Shown: positions 10,133 to 23,511, numbered from the stretch's first letter. The stretch: DNA of 64,000 nt from Phycisphaerae bacterium (GCA_018335035.1 JAGXKT010000002.1:53106-117105), one strand, 5' to 3'. Program-made: numbers and translations. Notes: generated from the letters alone by a model not told the origin.

Positions 10133-11211
10133 GACGCAGACAGCGAAGACGGTTGCTCTGGCTGACCGGCTTGGGCCTCGTAGCGGTGGCCGTGGTGTTG
10201 ATCGTGACCGTCGTCGACGGTGACGACCCTCCGACCGAGGCCGATGACAACACCACCGAGAATACGGAGCCCAAGGAGCTGGCGCACGTCGACAGCGGTG
10301 GCAGACCGAACGGCCGGGATGATGGCGGCACGACGGAACCGGCGCCGACGCCGTCGCCGACGGTTCCGCCCGCTGATCCGCCGCTGGACGCCGCCAAGGC
10401 GCGCCGGTCCTTCGAGCAGGGCTTGGCGCTGGTCGAGCGTGAGCAGCTCGTCGCGGCGCGGACGCTGCTCTCGGCCGCCGTCTTCTCCGAGCACCTGTCC
10501 GACGATCAGGCCGACGAAGCACGCCGCGTGTTGTGGCGGCTGGCCCAGCAGACGATCTTTTCGCCCCGCGCGTATCGGGATGACCCCTACACGCTGATGC
10601 ATCGGTTCGAGCGGGGCGATCGCCTCGCGGACAAGCGCGTCAACGGCAAGACCGTCCCGGGCATCGTCAATGGACAGGACCTGCGCGTCCCGTCGACGGC
10701 GATTCTGATGGCCAACGGTGTCTCGGCCAAGGAGCTCCAGGCAGGCAAGAGCTACAAGCTCATCCGCGGTCCGTTCCACGTGACGGTTCACAAGGACGCG
10801 TTCGTCATGGACGTGTTCCTGCAGCGTGCGGGCGAGGATTGGCCGCGGACGTTCATCCGGCGGCTGCCGGTCGGGCTGGGCAAGAACGGCTCGACGCCGG
10901 TCGGCTCGTGGCTCGTCGACGACAAAAGCCGCCGGGCGACGTGGTACCCGCCGCCGGAGACGAAGCTGCCCAGCCCGATTCGCTATGGCCACCCGGAATA
11001 CGCTTTCGGCCGCAAGGGGCTGTGGATCGGCATGAAGGGCATCGACGCCAACACGCGCACTCATGACGGCTATGGCATCCACAGCACGAATGATCCCGAG
11101 AGCATCGGGACGGAAAGCTCACTGGGGTGCATCCGACTGGCCGACGGTGGCATCGAGTTCGTTTACAATGTGCTCTACGAGGGCCACTCGACGGTCTACA
11201 TTCGCCCCTAG
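10129..11211 (+). CDS. L,D-transpeptidase (YkuD family) with N-terminal TM anchor and LysM-like segment
   Basis: VGLGKNGSTPVG and YGIHSTNDPESIGTESSLGCIRL (catalytic His and Cys); ATGA overlap with ygfA. Confidence 0.88.
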   Translation: MRRRQRRRLLWLTGLGLVAVAVVLIVTVVDGDDPPTEADDNTTENTEPKELAHVDSGGRPNGRDDGGTTEPAPTPSPTVPPADPPLDAAKARRSFEQGLALVEREQLVAARTLLSAAVFSEHLSDDQADEARRVLWRLAQQTIFSPRAYRDDPYTLMHRFERGDRLADKRVNGKTVPGIVNGQDLRVPSTAILMANGVSAKELQAGKSYKLIRGPFHVTVHKDAFVMDVFLQRAGEDWPRTFIRRLPVGLGKNGSTPVGSWLVDDKSRRATWYPPPETKLPSPIRYGHPEYAFGRKGLWIGMKGIDANTRTHDGYGIHSTNDPESIGTESSLGCIRLADGGIEFVYNVLYEGHSTVYIRP

Positions 11212-11287
11212 GCCGTCTGCCCCGCGTGAGGGCCTTGGGCGCGGCGACGTTCCCCCGGGGTTTCGTGTTTGGGATTCGTTGCCCAGC

Positions 11288-11317
11288 TTGACCGTCTGCA
11301 CGTCCGAATGGGATACT
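11288..11317 (+). promoter_or_regulatory. Putative sigma70 promoter for secA
   Basis: TTGACC-N18-GATACT with a TGn extension. Confidence 0.4.
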
Positions 11318-11350
11318 TGAGCCCCCGCGCCGTCGGCCCGGTGGACCGAT

Positions 11351-14300
11351 ATGTTCGGATTCCTAAGCAAGGCGTTTGTTAAGCTCATCGGCGGGACGCG
11401 CAACGAGCGGATCACGCGCGCCAAACTGAGCTACGTACGCGAGCGCATCAACCCGCTCGAGCGGGAGATGCGCGCGCTGAGCGACGAGCAGCTCCGCGCC
11501 AAGAGCGACGAGCTGCGCTCCCGCCGCGCCGGCGGCGAAAGCCGGGAGCGGATCAAGCCCGAGGCCTTCGCGCTGATCCGCGAGGCGTCGTGGCGCGCCC
11601 AGAAGCATCGCCATTTCGATGTGCAGCTCGTCGCCGGGTTGATCCTCGACGATGGTTGGATCGCCGAGGAGGCCACCGGTGAGGGCAAGACCATCGCGTG
11701 CTATCCTGCCGTCTACATGGCGGTGCTGGAGGGCATGCACGTCCACGTGGTTACGCCGAACGACTACTTGGTGAAGGTCGGCGCGGAGTTCGCCCGTCCG
11801 GTGTTCGACATGCTGGGCGTGACGGTGGGGTACATCACGTCGGACATGCCCTCGTTCGGCGACGGGGCCGAGCAGCGCCGCCGGGCCTACGCTTGCGACG
11901 TGACGTACGGCATGAACAGCGAGTTCGGCTTCGATTACCTTCGGGACAACATGAAGCTGTCCGTCGCCGACCAGGTCCAGGGCTCGCTGGACTTCGCCAT
12001 CGTCGACGAGGTCGACAGCATCCTGATCGACGAGGCCCGCACGCCGCTGATCATCTCCGGCATGAGCCACGGCGAGACCGGGCGGTACAAACAGGCCGAC
12101 GACGTCGCCCGCGAGGTCATCCGCCGCAATCGCCCGTGGGAGCAGGCCAACCAGCGGGTCGAGTCGCTCAAACGGCAGGTCAAGGCGCTGGAAGGCGAGT
12201 TGGACAAGGCCGGCAAGGGCGACGAGACGCGCCGCAAGGCGCGACAGCAACTCGACGAGACGCGGCGGAAGTTGGAGGACGCCGAGCGCGACCTCGCCGA
12301 GCGGACCAAGCTCTACGAGGTCGAGCTGGACCGCAAGTCCGTCCACATGACGCACGAGGGCATCGGCGTCGCTCAGGAAATCGCCGGCGTCGGCAGCTTC
12401 TACGTGGGCTCGAACATGGAGTGGCCTCACCTGATGGAACAAGCCCTGTGCGCCCGACTGGTGCGCGAGCGCGACAAGGATTACGTCGTCCAGGACGGGC
12501 GTGTGGTGATCGTCGACGAGTTCACGGGGCGTCTTCTGGAAGGGCGCGAGTGGGCGGACGGGCTCCACCAAGCAATCGAAGCCAAGGAAAACGTTCCCAT
12601 CAAGCAGGAGACGCAGACCGAGGGGACGATCACGTATCAGAACTTCTTCAAGCTCTACACGAAGCTCGCCGGCATGACGGGCACGGCGATGACCGAAGCG
12701 GCGGAATTCGCCAAGTTCTACAAGCTGGACTGCGTTTCGGTGCCGACCAACCGTCCCGTCAATCGCGTCGACCACGACGACCGCATTTACGGCGAAGTGG
12801 AGGGTAAGTACAAGGCGCTCGTCGAGGAGGTGAACCGGGTTTCCAAGCAGGGCCGGCCCGTGCTGGTCGGCACGACCAGTATCGATAAGTCCGAGAAGAT
12901 CTCCACCATGCTCCAGCGGACGTACGGCCTCGAGCACGAGGTGCTCAACGGGCGGGTGGAGAACGCCACGCGCGAGAGCTTGATCGTCGCCAAGGCCGGC
13001 CAGCAGAGCCCGCTGAAGCAGGGCTCCGACCAGATGGTCGGCAACGTGACGATCGCGACGAACATGGCCGGGCGGGGCACGGACATCCGCCTCGGCGAGG
13101 GCGTGGTGTATTCCAAGTGTAAAGTGCCGTCGGACGAGCAGTTGCGCGACATGGGCCTGGAGCCGGACCCGCTGTACCCGGCCGGCGTGACGAAATGCTG
13201 CATCCACTGTGAGCAGTATGACCCGTCCACGAATTGCGCCCACTGCTTTAAGCCGAAGCTGGATTCGGACTTTCCCACGCGGGGGCGGACGGCGTGCCGG
13301 CAGGAGGTGCCCTGCGGGCTGCACATTGTGGGTACGGAGCGTCATGAGGCGCGCCGCATCGACAATCAGCTCCGAGGCCGGGCGGGGCGCCAGGGCGATC
13401 CGGGCTCCAGCCGGTTCTTCGTGTCCATTCGCGACGATCTGATGGCGGTCTTCGCCGGTCCGTGGACGCTGAAGGTGCTCGGCTGGCTGGGGCTCCAGGG
13501 CGATCAGTCCATCGAGCACAAGCGCGTCAGCAAGGGCATCGAGCGCGCCCAGCGCAAGGTCGAGGAGCGCAACTTCGAGACGCGCAAGAACCTGCTGGAA
13601 TACGACGAGGTCATGGACTACCAGCGCCGCGAGTACTACGCTCAGCGGCAGCAGGCGCTGGAGGGCCGCGGGCTGGAGCGGCTCGTGCTGGACTTCGTCC
13701 ACACGTCGATCAGCGAAGCGGTCGCCACCTACCTCGGGGGCGACTACGCCAAGCGCTGTATGGCCGAGTGGGCCCGCCAGCAGCTTCAGGTGCCCGTCGA
13801 GCCGGAGCAGATCGACGCCGAGACGCTGGACGACCTCGACACCCTCGAGCGGGACCTCCGCGACCGAGCCAAGGATGAGGCCGCGACGACCATCTCGATC
13901 ACCCTCGGCGAGTACATGGACGAGGACCTCGACCGCCGCGAGTGGGACCTCAAGGGGCTCAGCAGTTGGGCCATGAGCCGCTTCGGCGTGAACCTCTCGC
14001 AGAACAAGCTGCGGAACATGTCGCCGCCCGACGTGGAGGAGCAGCTCACCGCGGCCGCGCGCGAACGCATCGACGCGATCGACCTCGACCCGATCGGGAC
14101 GTACCTCGCCGAGGGCTTCGCCGGCGACGCCCTGGCCGAGTGGGCCAGCGCGCGGTTCGAGATCGACGTGACGGCCGAGCACGTTTCCGGCGAGTCGCCG
14201 GACGTTGAGGCGTGGCTGATCGAGCGGGTGGACGCGGCCTACCGGCGGCGGGAGATCGAGTACCCGGTCGAGTATGCCATGGAGATGACGCTCGGCCAGG

Positions 14301-15061
14301 GCGGGCCCGACAACGTCTATGCCTTCAACAATCTGGCCGAATGGGCGAATCGCAAGTACGACGCGGACCTGAGCGGCGAATCGCTGCGGGCAATGGACGC
14401 CGGGGCGATCCGCCGGCACTTGGTGGAACTCAGCGAGGCGTGGCTGACCGGCGACCGACTGGATACCTGCATTCGCGACAGCGTCGGCGCGTCACCGGAT
14501 CCCGAGCCGGCCGCGCAGTTGGCCGCCGAGCGGTTCGATACGACGCTCGAACCGGACGACTTGGGCGACGACGTGTTCGCGGCGTTGCGGGAGGCCGGCC
14601 GGCGATTCCTGCGGCGCGAGATGACGGAGCTGGAGCGGTTCGTACTGCTCCAAATCCTCGACAGCTCGTGGAAGGACCACCTGCTGGCGATGGACCATCT
14701 CAAGAGCGGCATCGGCCTTCGGAGCTACGCCGAGCAGGACCCGCGGGTGGCCTACAAGCGCGAGGGCTCGCGCCTGTTCACCGAAATGCTCGAAGGCGTC
14801 CGCGAGAAGGTCGCAGACACGATCTTCAAGGTCCGCCTGACGGCCGAGGCGCGGATGCAGAGCGTCTACCAGGTCTCCAACATGGTCCACGAGCAGCTCA
14901 GCGCGTACGACACGGTCACGCAGCAGATGGACCGCCAGCAGACCGGCGGGCCGACCAAGGCCTCCACCATCGTCCGCGAGCAGCCCAAGGTCGGGCGAAA
15001 CGACCCGTGCCCGTGCGGCTCGGGCAAGAAGTACAAGAAATGCTGCGGGAAGAACGCATAG
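11351..15061 (+). CDS. secA: Preprotein translocase subunit SecA (long form)
   Basis: TGEGKT, DEVDSILIDEARTPLIISG, IATNMAGRGTDI, NQLRGRAGRQGDPGSS, C-terminal [18 protein letters not shown]. Confidence 0.98.
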   Translation: MFGFLSKAFVKLIGGTRNERITRAKLSYVRERINPLEREMRALSDEQLRAKSDELRSRRAGGESRERIKPEAFALIREASWRAQKHRHFDVQLVAGLILDDGWIAEEATGEGKTIACYPAVYMAVLEGMHVHVVTPNDYLVKVGAEFARPVFDMLGVTVGYITSDMPSFGDGAEQRRRAYACDVTYGMNSEFGFDYLRDNMKLSVADQVQGSLDFAIVDEVDSILIDEARTPLIISGMSHGETGRYKQADDVAREVIRRNRPWEQANQRVESLKRQVKALEGELDKAGKGDETRRKARQQLDETRRKLEDAERDLAERTKLYEVELDRKSVHMTHEGIGVAQEIAGVGSFYVGSNMEWPHLMEQALCARLVRERDKDYVVQDGRVVIVDEFTGRLLEGREWADGLHQAIEAKENVPIKQETQTEGTITYQNFFKLYTKLAGMTGTAMTEAAEFAKFYKLDCVSVPTNRPVNRVDHDDRIYGEVEGKYKALVEEVNRVSKQGRPVLVGTTSIDKSEKISTMLQRTYGLEHEVLNGRVENATRESLIVAKAGQQSPLKQGSDQMVGNVTIATNMAGRGTDIRLGEGVVYSKCKVPSDEQLRDMGLEPDPLYPAGVTKCCIHCEQYDPSTNCAHCFKPKLDSDFPTRGRTACRQEVPCGLHIVGTERHEARRIDNQLRGRAGRQGDPGSSRFFVSIRDDLMAVFAGPWTLKVLGWLGLQGDQSIEHKRVSKGIERAQRKVEERNFETRKNLLEYDEVMDYQRREYYAQRQQALEGRGLERLVLDFVHTSISEAVATYLGGDYAKRCMAEWARQQLQVPVEPEQIDAETLDDLDTLERDLRDRAKDEAATTISITLGEYMDEDLDRREWDLKGLSSWAMSRFGVNLSQNKLRNMSPPDVEEQLTAAARERIDAIDLDPIGTYLAEGFAGDALAEWASARFEIDVTAEHVSGESPDVEAWLIERVDAAYRRREIEYPVEYAMEMTLGQGGPDNVYAFNNLAEWANRKYDADLSGESLRAMDAGAIRRHLVELSEAWLTGDRLDTCIRDSVGASPDPEPAAQLAAERFDTTLEPDDLGDDVFAALREAGRRFLRREMTELERFVLLQILDSSWKDHLLAMDHLKSGIGLRSYAEQDPRVAYKREGSRLFTEMLEGVREKVADTIFKVRLTAEARMQSVYQVSNMVHEQLSAYDTVTQQMDRQQTGGPTKASTIVREQPKVGRNDPCPCGSGKKYKKCCGKNA

Positions 15062-15149
15062 CTTTCGGCGATCAGCGGTCCCGTTGCTTTGCCGGCAGCC
15101 AACGAGCCGAAAGCTGCATGCGGACAGTTGACCGCTGAAGGACGCTACC

Positions 15150-15380
15150 ATGGCGCGCGATCGAATTGGTGACAGGTACGGCAAGCGACAGAAAAAGCGG
15201 AAACTCGGCGACCTCGCCCGCGGCGCGCGGAGCATCGACGATATCGAGGCCGAGGAGGAACTGCTCGAGAAGACCGACAAGGTCGACCCCCTCCAGGCGG
15301 ACACCGCGCCCGGCCGAAACGACCCCTGCCCGTGCGGCTCGGGAAAGAAGTACAAGAAATGTTGTGGAACAGACGGCTAG
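15150..15380 (+). CDS. Small SEC-C metal-binding domain protein
   Basis: 76 aa ending [20 protein letters not shown]; AAGGA RBS. Confidence 0.8.
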   Translation: MARDRIGDRYGKRQKKRKLGDLARGARSIDDIEAEEELLEKTDKVDPLQADTAPGRNDPCPCGSGKKYKKCCGTDG

Positions 15381-15480
15381 CGGACGGCGATTGCTCTGAG
15401 CTGGCGCCGGCTGGGCAGTTCCATCGCCGCGCGCGGCTCGCGCCTATAATGGGGCAATTGATCGAACAGGGAGAGCAACC

Positions 15481-16062
15481 ATGGCCTTCACACTGCAGAT
15501 TGGCGAGACGGCGCCGGACTTCCAACTACCGGGCGTGGACGGAAAGACGTATTCGCTGGCGGACTTCGCCGACGCGAAGCTGCTGGTGGTCGTGTTCACG
15601 TGCAATCACTGCCCGTTCGTGGTCGGCTCGGAGGATCGCATGATCGAGTTGCACAGCGACTATGCCGACAAGGGCGTGGCGATGGTCGGCATCAACGCCA
15701 ACGAGACGGACAACCATCCGACCGACGACTTCGACCACATGGTCGCACGGGCCCGCGAGAAGGGCTTCCCCTGGCCGTACCTGCGCGACGAGAGCCAGGA
15801 CGTCGCCCGTGCGTACGGGGCGCTGCGGACACCGCACTACTTCGTCTTCGATGCGGAGCGCACGCTCCGCTACACGGGGCGGATGGACGACAACCCCCGC
15901 GAGCCGGGCAAGGAGACCACCCGCGAACTGCGCGACGCGCTGGACGCGCTGCTGACGCACGAGGCGCCGCCCGTCGCCGCGACGAACCCCATCGGCTGCA
16001 ACGTCAAGTGGAAGGGTCAGGACGAGCACTGGATGCCCCCGGAGGCGTGCGACTTGGCCTGA
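15481..16062 (+). CDS. Thioredoxin-fold redoxin (AhpC/TSA, PRX-like1)
   Basis: [36 protein letters not shown]; TATAAT and GGAGA upstream. Confidence 0.9.
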   Translation: MAFTLQIGETAPDFQLPGVDGKTYSLADFADAKLLVVVFTCNHCPFVVGSEDRMIELHSDYADKGVAMVGINANETDNHPTDDFDHMVARAREKGFPWPYLRDESQDVARAYGALRTPHYFVFDAERTLRYTGRMDDNPREPGKETTRELRDALDALLTHEAPPVAATNPIGCNVKWKGQDEHWMPPEACDLA

Positions 16063-16124
16063 AAACCTTCGGGGGCACCTCGGCTTTCGGGGCGCCGCAC
16101 GGCACATCGCGGCATCAAAAGCCG

Positions 16125-16157
16125 TTGCACGCGCGGTCGGCATTGTGGACAATGCCG
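16125..16157 (+). promoter_or_regulatory. Putative nifJ promoter with overlapping palindromic operator
   Basis: TTGCAC-N17-GACAAT; perfect inverted repeat CGGCATTGT-gg-ACAATGCCG at 16138-16157 covers the -10. Confidence 0.5.
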
Positions 16158-16268
16158 GGTTCCTGGCGCTGCGCGCGGAGGCGGGAGACACGGTGGAGCC
16201 CGGCCGCCGGCGCCTGGTCCGTAAGCCCCGACGATCCGGCGTTTTCCGCAAACGGAAGGAAGCGACTC

Positions 16269-19829
<3,561 letters not shown>

Positions 19830-19860
19830 GATCGGCCGGTTGTCGCGCGACCGCTTTGAC

Positions 19861-19890
19861 AAGCCCCCGGACGAGGTCCGGGGGCTTTTC
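19861..19890. terminator. Rho-independent terminator between convergent genes
   Basis: AAGCCCCCGGAC-gag-GTCCGGGGGCTT-TT perfect 12-bp stem with a short U tail, just after nifJ. Confidence 0.85.
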
Positions 19891-19895
19891 GCGCG

Positions 19896-22259
19896 CTACG
19901 GTGCGGCGCGTGTGGTTGGTCGTGTGGCGGGCTGCGTCGCCGGGCGTGTCGCGGGGCGCGTCGCCGGGCGTGTCGCGGGGCGCGTCGTCGGGCGTCGCGG
20001 CGCGGCGAACTCGAGCAGCGCCGTCATCAGCCGAACGCACGTGTCGGGCGTGTAGCCGCGCACGTCGAAGCCGGGATAGCCGACCAGCCCGGCCGTCAGG
20101 TCGTCGCGGCTGAAGACCACGGCCAGTCGGGGGCGCCCGTCCCGGCCGGCGGCGTACACGCCTTCAAGCCGGCGGCGGTCGGCACCGGCGTCCAGCGATT
20201 GGGCATAGGCCTTGCGCAGCCGTAGGGGCCCGGCGGCCCGGTAGATCGCGTGATCGCTCGCCAGCGGCTCCAGCCGACCGCCGGGCACGAGCTTGGGCAG
20301 CTGCTCTTGCGCCGCGTCGGCAAACGCCCGCGTCCCGCCGGCCGCGTCGACGATCAGCGTGCCGCCGGCATCGATGAACCGCCGCAGCGCGGCCAGCTGC
20401 TCGTCCGTCCATTCGAAGCCCTCTGTGCCGGTCATCACGGCGACGGGGCGCTTGGCGGCGTCGAGTTCAGCCGGCGGAATCGGCGTGGTCACGTCGAGGG
20501 CGATGCCCTCTGCCGCCAGGAGCAGCGCCAGTCGCCGCCAGGCCAGCGGCTCCGGGTTGCAGTTACCGTCGTGCCGCACGCGCGCGATTCGCACTGCGTG
20601 GGTCGGCATGCGCCGTGCCGGCTCGGGCCAGCGATCCGCGCCGCGCGGCAGCAGCGCGCCGCGACCCGTGGCCAGCAGGTAGACGTTGCCCAGCAGGTCG
20701 AACACGGGGCGGTTGTCGTCGGAGTGCGGCCCGAGTTGCAATGCCATGGACAGCTCGCGCGGGGCGTGGATCGCCAGCGGGCGGATACCATTGGACACGG
20801 CGACCAGGCCCCAGCGGGATCGTCGCGTCTCCGGCTCGGCGTGACCGCCGCGGAGCGTGAACACGGGGTGGTCGTCGTCGATGCGTTCCAGCGACCAGTC
20901 GGGGAACATCCGCTGATACAAACGGCGCATGTCGAGCGTGAAGCTGCCGCTGTTGCACGCGGCCTCTGAGAGGATCAACCCGCCGCCAAGGGCGAAGCGT
21001 CGCAGGCGGGCGACCTCGTCGTCCGTCAGTTCGCAGGGCCCGGCGCCGGAAATGTAGCAGATCGGGGCCTCGCGCCAGTCTTCGGCGGGTGCATCGGCTG
21101 GCAGAACCTGCCAACCCAGCGAGCGCTCGTACGTCCTGCTCAGCCAGCGAGCCAGCGTCGCCGCGTCGCGCGGACGGGGGTTCCACAGCCCGTCGTATTG
21201 CAGCTTCGTCACCACGACGGGCGCCCGCCCGCGCGCCAGAAACAGCAATGCCAGACCCGTCGGTTCGGTCCGCTGGGCGGCGTCGCCTTCGCCCCAGCTC
21301 CCGTCGGGGTTCTGGCGGGCCAGCAGGGCGGTTGCGGCGCTGGCATACCAGTCGTGTTCGCCGAAGTATTTGTACCCGCTGGCGCGCCCCACGCGCGCGG
21401 CGCAGAACAGCCAGTAGTAGTACCACTGCACGCCCTTGGCCGGGTTCTCGGCGGCGGCGAAGTGCTCGCCCAGCCACCCGTGGGCTTGCGCGATCGGCTC
21501 GTATTGGGGCTTGCGCCGGCAGCGGACGTAGTCCTCGGCATGCAGCGCGTCAAAGCAGGTATACAGTGTCGCCAGCCCCGCGGCCGTCATCGATCCGTAC
21601 GGGCGCGTCCGTACGGCACCGGGGGGGATCCGGTAGCCCCAGCCGCCGCCGGCCTGCTGCTCATCCAGCCAGTGCTGTTCCATCGCGCGCCAGTAGCGTT
21701 TGGGGATCTCCGGTCCCCGCTCGGCCGCATGACGCATTGCCATCGCCGCGATCTGCGTGCAGGAGTTGTCGTACGCCGCGTCGGGCTCATTACGCGGCGT
21801 ATACGAGTAGGCGCCGTCCGGCCCGGCCGCCTCCAGCAGCCAGCGGGCATCCTGCAGAAGTACGTCGCGATAGCGGTCCGCCCGCGTCTGAGACATCGCA
21901 CACACCCGCAGCGCGACGGAATACGTCCCGTCGAGCCGCGCCGCGGTCAACCATCGAAGCGCGCGGGGCATCGGTTCGGTGGCTTCATCGTCGCCGACGG
22001 ACAGAAGCGCATACGCCGCCAGTGCCGTCCGCCCGCCGTGCAGGCCTCGCGGCGCGTCGGGCGCATACTCGCCGCGGCACTTGCCGTCCGGGCCGATGCG
22101 TCCGCGAAGAAAGCCCGCCGCCCGATCGATGGCGGCTCGAACCCGGGCGGGATCGGGCGGCTCCGCGGCGCACTCGGCCGCCGGCGCGATACACAGGCAC
22201 GCGACCGCCAGCGGCACCACGGCGCGGCGGAGGTCGATGGCGGCCCGTGGCGGCGTCAC
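19896..22259 (-). CDS. Exported prenyltransferase/squalene-cyclase-repeat protein with two DUF4159-like domains
   Basis: QQAGGGWGY, QNPDGSWG, YYYWLFCAARVG; LRRFALGGGLILSEA and LRRFIDAGGTLIVDAAGG; GTG start overlaps the sppA stop. Confidence 0.8.
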   Translation of the reverse strand: MTPPRAAIDLRRAVVPLAVACLCIAPAAECAAEPPDPARVRAAIDRAAGFLRGRIGPDGKCRGEYAPDAPRGLHGGRTALAAYALLSVGDDEATEPMPRALRWLTAARLDGTYSVALRVCAMSQTRADRYRDVLLQDARWLLEAAGPDGAYSYTPRNEPDAAYDNSCTQIAAMAMRHAAERGPEIPKRYWRAMEQHWLDEQQAGGGWGYRIPPGAVRTRPYGSMTAAGLATLYTCFDALHAEDYVRCRRKPQYEPIAQAHGWLGEHFAAAENPAKGVQWYYYWLFCAARVGRASGYKYFGEHDWYASAATALLARQNPDGSWGEGDAAQRTEPTGLALLFLARGRAPVVVTKLQYDGLWNPRPRDAATLARWLSRTYERSLGWQVLPADAPAEDWREAPICYISGAGPCELTDDEVARLRRFALGGGLILSEAACNSGSFTLDMRRLYQRMFPDWSLERIDDDHPVFTLRGGHAEPETRRSRWGLVAVSNGIRPLAIHAPRELSMALQLGPHSDDNRPVFDLLGNVYLLATGRGALLPRGADRWPEPARRMPTHAVRIARVRHDGNCNPEPLAWRRLALLLAAEGIALDVTTPIPPAELDAAKRPVAVMTGTEGFEWTDEQLAALRRFIDAGGTLIVDAAGGTRAFADAAQEQLPKLVPGGRLEPLASDHAIYRAAGPLRLRKAYAQSLDAGADRRRLEGVYAAGRDGRPRLAVVFSRDDLTAGLVGYPGFDVRGYTPDTCVRLMTALLEFAAPRRPTTRPATRPATRPATRPATQPATRPTTRAAP
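19912..19995 (-). repeat. 12-bp tandem repeat encoding a (R/Q)P(A/T)T tail
   Basis: Alternating GTCGCCGGGCGT / GTCGCGGGGCGC units encode RPTT-RPAT-RPAT-RPAT-RPAT-QPAT-RPTT. Confidence 0.85.
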
Positions 22260-23356
22260 CGGGCCTTCCACATGAACAGGATTCGCGGCGTCTGGATCTC
22301 GTCGAAGGTCTTGCCGTCGATATGGATTCCCGGGGAGGTCTCAAAGCCCATACGCTCGCGCAGTGTCTGGCGGCGGTAGTATTGCTTGACGTGCGGTTCA
22401 TCCAGCCCGGCCAGGACTGCCGCTCGATCAATCGCCTTGTCGCGGTAGCCGAGGGTATCGATCAGCCCGAGCGTTCGGGCCTGCTCGGCGACGTAGACCT
22501 TGCCGTTGAAGGCGGCATACTCGGGCGGCGGGCGGTTGGCGGGCTGTTCCGGCACGGGGCCGCGATACGGCGCCAGTTTGTGCCCGCGCCCCTCGACGAC
22601 AACCTGCTCAAACCGATCCTGCATCGCGTCCAGCAGATCGCGCAGGTGGCGTCGCTGCTCGTCCGAGGGCTCGCGCCACGGGCTCATTTCGTCTTTCCAC
22701 TGCTCGGCGTGCGACGATTTCAACACGATCATCTTCGCGCCGAGTTTCTCCAGCGTTCCGGACAGCACCGGCCACTGCGCGATGACGCCGATGCTTCCGG
22801 TAATGGTCGTCGGCTCGGCGACGATCTCGTCTGCGCCGGCCGAGATGTAGTACCCGCCACTGGCCGCCAGGCCGCCCATCGAAACCACCACGGCCTTGCC
22901 GGCGTTCCGTATGCGGCTGATTTCCTGGTGGATCTGGTTGCTGGCGGAGACGCCTCCGCCCGGCGAGTTGACGCGGACGACGACGGCTCGAACGTTCTGG
23001 TCGTTTCGCACCCGGCGCGCGAACGTGCGGAACAGGCCGGCCTGCTCGTCGTCGATCACGCCGGAGACCGTAAAGACCGCGACGACCTGCTCCTCGTCAC
23101 CCGCGCGGAGAACCTGCGAGGCCAGCCCCGATTCCATCTGCAGCGCCGTCAGAAGCACCAGATAGACGTTCAGCATGACGGAACCGACCAGCAGAAAGGC
23201 CAGCACACCGATGGTCAGGCGTCCCAGAAGTCGGCTGCGAGGGGCCTTTCGGCCCCGGTCCGCCCCGGCCGGTGGCGCAGGAGGCATCGCCGGTGCGGCG
23301 CCCGACACCGCAACGGATTCGGTGGCGTGTTCGGCTGATTCGTCGTTGGTGGTCAT
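22256..23356 (-). CDS. sppA: Signal peptide peptidase SppA (S49)
   Basis: RVNSPGGGV, VVSMGGLAASGGYYIS, TITGSIGVI, GLIDTLGY. Confidence 0.95.
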   Translation of the reverse strand: MTTNDESAEHATESVAVSGAAPAMPPAPPAGADRGRKAPRSRLLGRLTIGVLAFLLVGSVMLNVYLVLLTALQMESGLASQVLRAGDEEQVVAVFTVSGVIDDEQAGLFRTFARRVRNDQNVRAVVVRVNSPGGGVSASNQIHQEISRIRNAGKAVVVSMGGLAASGGYYISAGADEIVAEPTTITGSIGVIAQWPVLSGTLEKLGAKMIVLKSSHAEQWKDEMSPWREPSDEQRRHLRDLLDAMQDRFEQVVVEGRGHKLAPYRGPVPEQPANRPPPEYAAFNGKVYVAEQARTLGLIDTLGYRDKAIDRAAVLAGLDEPHVKQYYRRQTLRERMGFETSPGIHIDGKTFDEIQTPRILFMWKAR

Positions 23357-23511
23357 GACGTTCTCCCATTGGGGTACCGGACCCCGCGCTGCTCGTTAGT
23401 GTATCACGCTCGGCGGCACGTGCCCATGGGCGGCCGCACCGCGACGCTGTTGGCATCGCGCCGCGTGGTCGTATAATGGCCGCACAGGCAACCACGGGAG
23501 ACGCAACAGAC

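Noticed and set aside
11363-14419. 1018-aa minus-strand ORF
   Set aside because: Antisense shadow of secA.
15600-16268. 223-aa N-terminal extension of PFOR given by the ORF track
   Set aside because: Overlaps the redoxin gene in another frame; homology begins at ATG 16269, which has a GGAAGGAA RBS. The same reasoning was used to trim ORFs at 9739, 25102, 47015, 48181, 34643-36406, 39884-41317 and 50670-52136.
19912-19995. Short tandem repeats as a possible CRISPR array
   Set aside because: 12-bp in-frame coding units with no spacers and no cas genes; the 45-bp duplication at 39119 is likewise coding.
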